Part shown: in pieces, positions 1 to 12,700 of the stretch
How the letters are laid out: each line of letters opens with the position of its first letter
Position numbering within the stretch: position 1 is the stretch's first letter
Assembly: GCA_964187785.1 (NCBI GenBank)
Contig: OZ076413.1
Span: forward strand, 42,718,001-42,782,000
Origin: Amphiscolops sp. MND2022
Lineage: Eukaryota
DNA length: 64,000 nucleotides
Reading direction: 5' to 3'
Translations under genes and position numbers: made by a program
Notes under the pieces: generated by a model
The model's input: the letters and a program-made list of their open reading frames with translations, nothing else
Database searches by the model: none
What the model was told of the DNA's origin: nothing

Positions 1-3000
1 TCTTCAAGCGATCGAAGTGGGAGCTGGTTTTTGCGACGATGAGGGCGAGCGTGCATACATCGGATATGCCCCACATTATATTTTCGTTTTCAAAAAGTCT
101 GATTTTGCAGATGTAGACAACTGCCTTGCCCACTTTGCCGAAAAAAAATTCGGCAAAATGGGCAAGGTTGGGACACTTTGCCGAATTCGGCAAAATGGGT
201 TTCGGGAAACTGTCCCGTATTCGTTAAGGTAGGTATGTAAGTGTTGCTTCTGTGTTTTTAGATAGTAATAACGATGTGCTGAATAACAAGGTTTTTCGTG
301 TGTCACAGCCCAATGTTTTTTCGTTTCACTTTTTTTGCTCTTCCGTTCAAGCTCAGTCCAGGACAAGAGATTCTGACATCTTGTATACTCCGTAGGGTAG
401 GGAATTGATGGCTCGGTCCAGTGAACTGGCTGCCAAGATGAATACCATGGAGTGTACGCCTTTGATCTAATTGCTTGGGTCTAATGGAATTAGATCTAAC
501 TGTAAGGTCTAACTTTCAGATCTAATTTTATCTAAAATACTTAGGTCTAACCCCTTTATGATCTAATATGTTTCTGAAAGCGAAAATATAATGTGGGGCA
601 TATGCGATGTATGCGCGCTCGCCCTCACCGTCGCAAAGACCAGCTCACACTACGATCGCTTCGCGATCTCCGTTCCCGCTAGGTCTTTGCTCCTATTCGA
701 CCTCGCTTAGCAAGATGGGAATATAAGCGGCCCCAAGGGGCCGCGGGGCACCAGAGGAAATGGGGACATATCCGAGGCACGTTTTATACTTTATATCACT
801 TTTTAGTTTTAGATCCTAATTGACTTATTTTTTTCTCAAATTAGATCAAAATAGAAGAGATTTTTACACCTGATTTTTTAGATCAATTTATTTAGATCTC
901 AGTTTTGCCCCCTCTCTTAGATCTATTTCATTAGACCTGATTCCATGTAGCCGAATACCATTAACTGCCGGTTTCTAAAATCCCTTCAAGAGGGCTTTAC
1001 GCCGTAGTCACCCTATTGAAGAATCATCAATAGGCGCAATCGTGCAAGAGGGTAGGCTGTCCTAGATACATGACAATCCATTTTTGGTGCTTCATTTGAG
1101 AGAGCTTTTCGGTGCTTCATCTGACAATCCCTTTTTGGTGCTTCATTTTCTTATCCCCCCGTGATCGTCCAATAAGCATGCAATTAGTTTTTTTTCTTTT
1201 TTATTCAATGGTTTTTTTCAGGAGGGCTTTCCTATTGTCATTTTATTCGGTCTTCCGTTCACATTACAAACTATTTAATGTTTTATGATATAAATTGGTA
1301 TATCCGTAATTTCGAATTCAGACTTGTCAATTTCAAGCATCTTTCCACAGAACAGAAAGGTAAGAATGTTGAAAGCCTTAAATGTTTTTGGAAGCTTTGT
1401 ATAATTGAGTTGGAAGATGAAGGCAGGCAATGCGGCCAGTGTAGTTCGGGACGAAGACCACTTAAGCGAACTTTACTACTTGCAAATCTGCGTTTAATGC
1501 CCGTTTTGTTTCAGCCAGAAGTATGTCTTCTTTGCTTTGTAATTGTTACCATTTCACGAGCCTCATTGAGTTTGTGAATTGAGATTTGAGAGAGGGTCTA
1601 TTGAACTCTCTGTTTGCATGATATCGTTTCTTAATATTTTTTGTTTCCTATGTTGGGTGGATTTTTTGTGTGCCGCCCGGGCTGGGGGTACATGATGAAT
1701 AAAGAAGCGTAAATGACGACGATCCAATTCTGATGATAGAAAAAAAAGTGTGCCGTTTCAAGGGAGTTGAACACTTCGATGCCTTCGAGAAACTGTAATA
1801 CCTTCGCCACGTACCGTGAAGACAGAAGTAGATGGGTAGGTGAGGTGGACGTTGTTAGACATGAACGAGAACCGTGCGACTTTCGTTGGCGGTAGAACTT
1901 TCATTGGATAATCGGAGTTTTGTAATGTTCGCTATGATCTTTCCAGTTCGAGCTTTTTCTCTGGAAGTGAGTTTGTTTGAACGTCTATCATGTAACATTT
2001 TTTTCTCGTTTTTTAATGATAAGTATCAAATAGGCTGCAAACAATGGTAGGTTGTTTATGTACACACAAGTGTCACAATTTAGATCCTTGACGAGATGAG
2101 CATTATGAGCGTTTCGAAATTTTTATCCTAAACCTATCAGTAGAATTAGCGCCATTATTACTGGCATGTATAGAAGAGCGTTCTAGATGTTTACTTCCGT
2201 TTTTTTTTTACTTTTCAACGAAACCCGCGAAATTTCGGAGTTTGTGCTCCATGACTTCAGTCCTTTCACAACAGGACGTATCATAGTTGGAGCGTAAATA
2301 ACCTACAAGGAATATCAGTGTCTTAAGATAGAGAATGAGCATGACTTTCAGACGTTATCCCCGTTTTGAATTTAGACGCTATTCATCGCCGCATCCAGAT
2401 CTTAGGTTATCTAGTTTTCCCCCCTCAACTCATTTTTGCTCCAGTTGAATTTTGACGTTTGTAAAGAAACCTCGACCGCACTTTTATCGTTCTTGTAATT
2501 GAAAAAAAAACATTTTGGATATTTTCCATGATCTTTTTTTCTACATTAGTTATTGTGTGCGATGTTTAATTTGCTAGTTGGTGATTGTTGGTCTGTTTTA
2601 GTTTCATCCAATTAAGCCGGATTTTGCTTATCGACATTGTTTATTTACCAAATCTGAGCGTATGCTTCATCATCGGTTTCGGACAGCTTTCGTTAGGTGT
2701 TAGTAAGTGGCTTATTGTTTTAGTAGGAAACGAGTTTCAGTGTATCATCAGAACTGCAAATTCAGTTTGATGTAACAACCCATCAATTAATTCTCGGTTT
2801 CAGAGTTTGTTCCGAACAGTAGTCTCTTGTCTTGTGGCTCATCTGACTTGCGTCCAACAACAAACTAACACAATATAAATCAAACTATGAACACGAGATA
2901 ATCTCGTTGATTACCAGTGAACCATTTCAAGTTAACTCAAATAGAACTCTGAGGTATGCAACAACATCTGAGGTCGAAGCTTGAGCACAGACTAATGAAT

Positions 3001-3079
3001 GCTATACTAATGTTAAGCTGAGAGTTGTTTTCAGACCAATTATTTTCATGTTTTGACAAACCCGAAGTCTAGAACTGAC

Positions 3080-3731
3080 ATGGATTGGATTACCGGCTCG
3101 AACACGCATATAGATATTATGCTGAATGGCTTGGCTGGAAGACAGGAAGCAGAAACCAAAGCAGATGATAACAGTGGGAACAAGATCAAACTTCCTGTGT
3201 TTTTGGATGGCGAAACCATCTCAGGAATCGTCAACATAACTTTGCGCAACAATAAAAAACTGGAACATGCCGGTATTAAAATCGAATTTGTCGGAGATAT
3301 TCAAGTTTATTTTGATAAAAACAATTCTTATGATTTTGTAAGTGTAGTTAAACAGCTGGCAAGACCCGGTGAACTTGTTAAGTCAACTTCATTCAAATTT
3401 GAATTCCCCAATGCTGAGAAACCTTTTGAGAGTTACTCGGGTGCCAATGTTCGGTTACGTTACGTGGTCCGAGTCACTATCATGCGGAAATACAAAGTGT
3501 CCCCGACCAAAGAGTGCCCTATTCTTGTCCATGCTTTACATTATTTCCCAGAAAAGATACCACAGACTCTCAAAATGGAAGTTGGCATCGAGGACGCCTT
3601 ACACATTGAATTCGAATTTAACAAACCCAGATACCACTTGAAAGATGTTATCGTCGGCAAAATTTATTTTATTCTTGTTAGATTAAAAATCAGAGTGATG
3701 GAGCTGCAGCTTCTCAAAAAAGAAGTTACAG
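3080..3731 (+). CDS. VPS26: VPS26 exon 1
   Basis: ATG at 3080 to ...GAA GTT ACA G|gtgaga. Encodes the arrestin-fold N-terminal part up to LKKEVT. Confidence 0.93.
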
Positions 3732-6700
3732 GTGAGATTTTTGACCATTGTGTTGCATGAATTTGTGTAGTAAATCCTCATCAGCAAGATTCTAACTGCT
3801 CGGAAAACAACTTTTTTGAAAAATAGCAGCATTATTCTAACATTTTATATGACTAAATTCATAATTACTTCGAGAGTTTTACAGGTATAAAGTAAGAGCC
3901 AGTTGGCTTATTGGTTAGATGACGAGGGCTTTAATCAGAAGGTCATCACAGTGATTAATTGCGGGCTACATGATGAAATTACAGTAGTATATAGTTATTT
4001 CAGATGTTTTTCAACAGTCGGACCATCGCTGCAACGTAATTATAATACAGCAATTTGATTTCTAAACCAATCAAAATCAAGTACACAAGTATTTTCAACT
4101 CTTTTCAACGTAACAACAACGAAAACACAGTGGATCCCGCAATAACCAGTTAGATCTTGCCGCTGAAAAAGGCGCCTCGAGTTGGCTGAACACGCTGCCA
4201 CTGAAGCGTTATCACTTCGACCTGACAAAAACTGAGTTCCGCGACGGTTTAGCCCTGCGCTATGGCTGGGAACCACTGAAAATACCGGCAATATGTCCAT
4301 GTGGAGACACCTTTAGCCTGTCGCATTCCCTCCAATGCAACAAAGGTGGTTACACACAAATGCGACATGACGAAATTCGAGACACTTTCGCCGCCATCAT
4401 GAAGGATGTCTGTTTTGATGTCGAAATCGAGCCGAAGCTTCAGCCGTTAGAAGGCGAGTCCTTCGTTCATAAAACCACGACAACTGAAGACGAAGCAAGA
4501 CTAGACATTAAAGCCAATGGACTCTGGGATTCACGTTTTTGCCGAACTTTCTTCGACGTAAAAATTTTTAACCCACTAGCCAAATCATGCCCGAAAGATA
4601 TCAACGAGGCATACAAGTTCCACGAAACACAGAAGAAGCTCAAATATGAGTCGCGAATAATCAACGTTGAAAAGAGCACTTTCAACCCGCTCGTATTTGC
4701 CTGCACTGGCGGAGCTGGACCATCAGCCACGAAAGTCATAACCAGACTTGCGTCAAAGGTCAATGAAAAAAGCACCGAAAGTTACTCTGAAGCCATTAGC
4801 TATATCCGAACCAAAATAAGCTTCGCCCTACTCCGCAGCTGCGTCCTCTGTCTAAGGGGCTGTAGGTCGACTCGCTGTCAACCAGCCATGGAGTCTTCGA
4901 TTAGCGCTGTTGTCCACGAGGGAGGGCTGTCATGAACTTTGACAATCCTTCGGGTGCGAATAACCTTAGAATCAACACCTTTTTTGTTTTCTGTGGATCC
5001 CGGATATGAGAAACCCTCTTATAAGAAATACTCGCTTATAGCCAATGCGTACCTTGGCCCCGAATGCCATTTTAATTTCTTTTAAAAACCCGCTTTTAAG
5101 AAAGTTCGGTTATAAGAAACACCACTAGTCATTCCCGTGGCGTTGATTATATCCGGAATCCACTGTATAAGAGACACCACTACTCGTTCCGCTGACGTCG
5201 ATTATGCCCCGGGTGACACTGTAATTCGAAAATTGGCATGAATTTAGTTGTTAGTAGTTATGAATGTTTAATTCAATGTATGTTTATGCAATTGTCCGTT
5301 TCGGAACCCAATAGCGATGCAGGAGGCTTTAGTTTTGCCAGTTACGTTTTCAGAAGAGGTTTTTTTGTACAGTTTAAGTTGAGAAGATGGAAAAGCCGAC
5401 GTTGGTTGGCTCGAATTCTCGACCATCTGCCTTCCTAGTGACCACATCCTCACTCATTAGATTATAGCTAATGTTAGCTAAATGTTTCAATAACTAGTAA
5501 AATGTTATTTTACAGCTAAATTAATCAAAACGGACCTTTCAGTATCAACTGTAGAACCAGTAGTCGATTATTTTTGCACCGTTTGTAAAAAGTGCTGACG
5601 AAAGCTACCAGATGTCAAATTCTCTTCACCAGTCGCTTTTGTGTTCATTCACTTTTCGGTTTCGGCACTTCTGACTGCTAATCATCGCAATTGCTTTTTT
5701 TTCGATTTTTCCAAATAAATTATAACCTTATTTTTTCGCAAAAAAAAACATTTTTCGAATAATTTTTACTGATTATGGGGATCAAAGGGAACACTTTCAT
5801 GCATGCCGATCAGTTTAGTCGTTTCAATTACCGTGTTGGTATTCTTGGCCCGGAAAAAGTTCCGCTCACTTAACTGCAATCTCCTGCTGCTAAGGAAAGC
5901 ATCGTTACGTTTTTCAGAAACTCTTAGGGCTGCCGGCGACTGTTTTTCACGAATGTGTTGATTCGATTTGACTTTGATGATCCCTGATGTCATTTTCGCT
6001 TCGGTTATGTAACATTATACAGAAGGTTGGCTTCTGTCATGCTCACCAAATGAGGTATACGGGCTGATTAATTGGGTTTGTAGTTGAATGTCTATAATCA
6101 CAGATTTACATCACCAAAAGTGTTAGCTTTAATTGGAGGCCATTGTAATATTTGAATTGAACCAATTTGACTTGAAAGCCACGGTACAAGGATTCATGTT
6201 CCTTTAGGTCAGGGTACCACAAGGGCAGAAGACGAGGAGACAGTGGTGAAGTACGAGATCATGGATGGTTCGCCAGTTAGAGGGGAGACCATTCCCATCC
6301 GACTGTTTTTAATCGCCCTGGGACTGACCCCCACCTTCCGAGAAGTGGCCAAGAAGTTCTCCGTCTCCTATTTCATCAACCTTGTTCTCGTCGACGAAGA
6401 TGACAGAAGGTGAGTCATCATTATTTATAACTTACTTCCTGTCGTCTGACAAATACTAGAAAAGAAAAACGAAGTGAAGCCGGAAGTGAAGATGAATTTT
6501 AAATTGTCCAATCTGAACTATTTACGTAAAAGCGTGCAAATTAACCGACAAAGCTTCGAAATTACTGAAAAAAGATGGTTAAAATTTGAATGTAAAAGAA
6601 TTGTTTTTCTATTTGAGCTTCGATCTTCGTTAAAGTAAGTACCATACTGTAAATAGTGAATTGCGCCTCTGATTGTAAAAATGATGTTGACTGACAACAA

Positions 6701-9700
6701 ATTAGTTCGAGACCGGAGTAATTTTGGAGGTAATCAGAAATGTTTGAACAAACATCATTCAATTTGCAAAGGCAATTTTGCAAACAATTTTGTAGCTTGC
6801 AATATCCCTTTCGAATTCGTATATTTACTCATTCCTGATTTAGGGCCAAGTTTTTGCAAATTTAGTTGTCCTGTATACCAGCTGTTTGACCGCAAAACGT
6901 AATTCAGCTGCCGCTAATGAAAAGCGGTAGTTAGCTGTAGCGGAGTAATAAATTTATCAGCTGAATTTTTCATTCAAGTTTTTGCCCTGTAATTTTTATT
7001 AAAGCGTCACAGGTCAAGTTTGAGAAACTCTTCGATTGCGGTGTCTAGGATTCTTGAAAAATACACTGCAGAGGCACTTCGTTTACCTGCTGATATCATG
7101 ATTTCAGCTAAGGAATGTTTTGAAAACAAAAAAGAACGACTGGTCTATGTAGCTAGTGAGAGCGGCAATCTTGTAGCGATCGAGTCACTGCCACACACCC
7201 AGTTTCGAAGTTTTGTTTTTGGTAGAAACTACTCCATCTAAAGACGCTATTAAGTTTTGTTTATCGAAAATTCGAAAACTATACTTATGTTCTCTCATAA
7301 TGTTCCCCTATCTTAATGTATTGCATTTTCTTTTCAAATTCTTCCCAGGTTGACCAAACATAATCACCATGCCATGATCATAGTATAATCATACTATGAT
7401 CATGGTCATTCCATGATCATGATCATGCCAAGACCGTACCATGGCGACCATGTTTCATAAGTATGATCATACTATGGTCATCATGTTTCATAGTATGATC
7501 CATCATGTTTCATAGTATGAACATAGCATGATCATAGTATGAGGAACGATGTGTTCTAGATTGAAAATCGAGATGTCGGACGTGACAACCTCCTGTAAAC
7601 AAAGTTCACAAATTGGTTACCGAGTCCTTATGCTGTATTTTTAAGGAGGCACTCAGCTCGTGAGATACATAGTATCCCACTTGACGAGACCCACGACAAG
7701 AACGTGGCCTCTGTTGGGTTTCAATGCTTCTGAAAATCATAAAAAACTGAATTTCAGACTGGAAAACGATCCAAGAATGGGCCAGTTTAGACGCTAAATC
7801 ATGGCAATCAACTGTTGGAAAATCACGGATCAGATCTGAACCTGGGTCAATTTGATCTAAGAACGAAAACAATGGGAAGATAGCGAAGAGTATCAAAATT
7901 ATGAATAATTCCGTCTCTAAATTGCGAATACTCTCTAAAACTTGGGCAAAACAGTTGCAAAAATATGGAATGGAGCTATTGAAATAGGAATGAGATCTAA
8001 AACTTGGTCATTTTATTCTAAACACAACTTTGGCAGAGGTGGGAATAAGATCTAAAATCACTGAATCATTTAGAAGAGTATCTAAATTATGCATAATTTC
8101 CTTTTTAAATATCTAAAACTTGGGCAAAATAGCTACAAAATTATGGAAATCAGCTTCTGAAATAGGAATCAGATCTAGAACATGGGCCAATTTGATCTAA
8201 AAACGAAAATTTTGAGATGACAACGAAGAGTATCTGAATTATGCATAATTTACCAGATGATTACCAGACATGGGAGAATCAACGAAACATCGTTTCTGAC
8301 AACAGTCGGGAAACCAATGCAGGACCTCAAGATTTTCCATTTATCCAAATATAATGCGGGCCAACGGAAGCTAAGAAGAGAAAACAGTGTGACAGTACTT
8401 TTCTGAATCAGCAGGCTGCTAAAAACAAAAAAATTGAAGAGTAAGAGCAACTGCAGCACAAAGTCTACACGATACAGCACTTTTGCGTCAATCCAAAAAC
8501 TATTCCATGACTTACACTTTCATTTAAAATTGTGATTTGCATGACACAAGACGAACACAGTGAGAACTGTCAACAGATTTGATTGTGAAAAACTCACGTA
8601 AAATACAACTAACAGTGAACTCACAGTTTGATATTGTTCGGGTCAAGTGAAAACAATGACAGGACCCCTCACAACCTCACCTTTCCTGAAAAATGATGAG
8701 TGGGTGGGACAAATAAAGACTCAGCCACAACATAGATCTTTGCTACCGAGAAGGATCAGAAAACGAAAGAACCTCAGTAGAAGTTTTACAGATAAAAATG
8801 GAAAATTTCAGTGTTAACGTTTGTGTAGTCGGAAAAACCACAAACCAACAGACATTTCTACATTTTTAATATTTCTGCTTTAGCAGGAATATTATTGAAA
8901 TCTGGAAACGTGTACTTTTTTTCAGAACAGTTTTTCGGACGATCTGAATAATTCAGATATTTTGTTCGGCAGTGAGTGTAAGCGAGAGAGCTGCCGAAGA
9001 CATATCAATTCTAGTGCGATGGAACGAGCGAGTGGTAATTATCCATTCGTATGCTGACGTCATTGAGATGAAGCGAGCGAATGTTCGTAATTGTGCTTTC
9101 GTTGCCCCGAGTTATTGAGATGAAGCGAATGAGTGTTAATTATTCGTTCGTTGAGAGCTTCGCCTGCATTCAAATGCGAATGCGAAACTTCGTCTACGCT
9201 TAGTAGTTATATTTTCTTTAGTCCGAGAAGAATTAAAGGCGGTGTAAACTTGTACAGTGATTAATTGTGCTCTAAGTAATGATTAAACAGGAGTGTATTG
9301 GTATTCCAGATATGATTCTTAATGATTTTTTTTGTTTCAAAAAAAATAAAGGTTAAAGCAGAAATAGTACTGAGCCCCGGAGGGGCCTATTTTGGAAAAA
9401 AGATCAGGTATAGAGGAACAACAACAGGAACAATTATGACTGGGAGTCGTCTGAAATACGGCCGAAGTACATAATAATTGAAAAAAAAGCTAACGAAATG
9501 TTTAATTTGAACGGTGAAGAAAATAATAGTGGTAGAAAAATGTTTCTGTAACATATTGATAACAAACCAAAGTTAGACCATCAGTCATTCATAAAAGCTT
9601 TTCAGCTAATCAGACCAAAGGTCTTTTTATAAGTAAACTGATATACTATTATCTGGAACATTTAACTTTAATACAAAATATTGTGATTGAAACAAATGAA

Positions 9701-12700
9701 ACATGAAACAAACTATTACAAATCGAGGATCTCAAACCAGCTCCGGGGAAAACATTTTTTCATTATAATGAAAGAGTAATACTTCAGGCATCCTATTCAA
9801 AAACGGAGGACAGCATAATCAATTAGGAGTCAGCCATAAAAGCACTGAAGCTAAGCCGACTGGTGGCGAAAGTCTCCAATTCCAGGAAGTATGCATATTA
9901 CTTTCCAAGCGAATCAGTGGATGTTCTAGCTTGGCTGGCCAAGATCTCCTCGCTACCTGGGCTTCTCATGGTGGTCTTGAGTTCTCGGCCACGCTGATTA
10001 GCAGTTGCGAGCCAGTTGGCGTAGAGCGCTTTCACAGGGCCTCGCTTCGAATATGCCCTCAGAAGTTCTTTGAAGTCGGCTTGCTTCTGGAGATCATCCG
10101 GGGGTCGACTGGCGTTGTTACCCTCGGGTTCAATCATACTGTGAATTAGCTCACTGTCATGATTTTTGCCAAATATATATTCCGCAATTTTACGTCAATA
10201 TTTTGACGGCTCATTGGGAAACGACAATTTCCGAAGGTTCACTTCTTTGTATTTTATTTCCCGAATCTGTCACATCGTCCCGGTAACACTGTCACACTCA
10301 GTGTCATTTACTGAGATTTCATGTCTCTCAGCAGTCTCGGAGCTTCTTGCGTTTTTGAAAAAAACTCAACCGACTTCGACTGAAAAAAGTAATTCCCATA
10401 ATGCTAGATTTTCATTGGCTAATTGAAGACTTCTTAGTTCAATCACCATTTGAATGTCTGAATGGATCATTCAAACGAGAGGCAAAAGAAAAGCATGTGA
10501 GAAAAGCGGATGTTTCTCATAGCATTTGAAAATGACAAAAAAACTTACTAGTCATTCCCGCTCTCTCCGTTCTTTTCTCGCCTCCTCGCGATACTCTCTC
10601 CAACACTCGCGGTGTGTATCTAGCAATCTCTCCATGGTTGCCGAAAGTGTCTTTAAAGTCTCACGGATCGCAGTAGACGTACACTGTGAAAATAGAAAAA
10701 ACAAACTCCCATTTGAGACTTGAAAAACGGATCTGGAAATATGGTCAGGATTCAGACTGTGGAACCATAGCGAAGTTTTGTTTACAAGAGTAAATCCGTG
10801 TCGAAGGTATTGTCGTAAAATGTGATAGACTACTTTCGAGTTTCGAGATAGACTACTTTGCTGACATTGTCACAAGTGCATGGAGTTGACGTGGACGGAG
10901 TGCAACGATCACTGGGAACTGCTCAAAAAATGGTTTCGATCTGACATTTTTCGGTTGTTTTGAAAGTGGTGGTTGTTCAACGTCGATTGGTTCTGCGATA
11001 TCAGTCTCCGCAGACGAATCATTGACATCTGAGGCTTCTTCGCCGTTCGGAGTTTCTGGGATTATTTTAATCGTTGGCGAAGGAGACCCTTTGGTCTAGC
11101 AAAGTCTCCTCCTGCATGTTGGAGATCAGTTTCGCACCTTTAGCTTCGACTTTTTTGAGGTATTCTTCTGGCGCCACAGTCTATCAGCGAACACTCGTGG
11201 TCTTACCGGGTTCCGGATTTGCACTCTGGAGTGCTTCTGCAGACTCAACTTCCGATGCAGAGAGAGGTCCTTCGGCCAGCCAGAGCTTTCAGAAGAGATC
11301 ATGAACACCGTTTCATCTCCGGGGCAGTAAAACAGCCAACGGGTACTAGCGACATATCCTCCAGCATAGCTTTGGTGTCACAGGTTCATTTTTCACGTCT
11401 ATCCATAACGATCGAGAGGTGAGAGCAGTTCTGCAAAATCAACAAAAACCACAAAATGTGGAACCTGAACGCGAATTCTGGTTGCCAATTATCAAAACGG
11501 TCAGCCAAAAAAGCTTGTTAGCTACACCGACCAATAAGATGAAAAGTTCGTCAAAAGAGATTCATAAAAAAACAGTTAAATAATTCATTAGAAAAGTGAA
11601 GATCCATTAGACTAAACAGAATGTATGATAGATACCAACCCACGGATTTTTCAGAAAAGACAGATGAAACTACTTGATTAAATTGGTAATTTTACGATTC
11701 TGAGAATATTTGTCATTTGCTGAACTTTCCGGGATACTGATGGGTGGAAGATGCAAATTATACATACTTATCCTATGGTTCTAGGGAAAATCTTTGTTGA
11801 AAACAATGCAATCGAAAAGTCTATAACTGAGGAACAGAAATGTATCAACAACGTGTCATCAACCAATCAAAGTGAGACACTCAGTCAGTCATAATAGCTT
11901 TGAAGCTAAGCCAACTGAAGGTCTTTCAACATAAAACCGATAGAGTGAAGAAAAATTGAATAATACAATTCAAAAGATAACATTCGAGATTCCGAGAAAG
12001 ATTATCGAAACGTCTACGGAGATTTTGAGCGAAAATTATTGATGAAAGTGTACTAGGTAGCTGAACAGAGAACCTAGGCATTCTGCATAAGAAAATCAAT
12101 GTTCATCGATGAGTCAGCGAAAAAAGGGTCAAAGCCAAACCGACTCAAGGACAAAGTGTTAATGATCAGTCAGAAGCTTTTATAGGTACAGTGTAGCAAA
12201 TTGACTAAGAATTCCGTTTATTCGCTCAATTGTGATCAAAATGTTGTGAACATTTGATGAAAAATTTCTCATGCTCCGCGAACCATTTTCGTTTTTGATT
12301 CGCTACGCGAAAGAAAGCACAGGCTGAATCAGCTCCAGGGCAGGTGAAAGCGTTCTCGACTATGTATCGCTCAACCGCTCAACCAGACAGAATCGGGGTC
12401 TACTAAGACGGAAATAAACGGAAAAAAGCGATGAACTGGCCGATCCAGAATTGCCCTGAGCCATCAGGCGAAAATGAAATGAATGAGTGCTGTCAGACTT
12501 GGCATCACTGGCGGAGTCATAGGCTACTCCTTCACAATTTCTCGCGCGGACAGCAAGAGTTCTCGAACGGCTGCGGATTCCTTCAGATGTCCTAGGTCAA
12601 AATTCTTACGACAACGCACCAACTCAGTTGTCAAGTCATCAACCCATCGTTGTCCGTCTTGGAAGAAAGATGTGATTTTTAGTCAAATAACCTTCAACCA

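Noticed and set aside
3053-3079. ORF-track start of VPS26 at 3053
   Set aside because: It is a TTG codon. The first ATG (3080) matches the expected VPS26 N-terminus.
3947-3953. CACAGTG heptamer resembling a Transib/RSS terminus
   Set aside because: No partner inverted repeat, 5-bp TSD or Transib transposase is visible, and a 7-mer is expected by chance.
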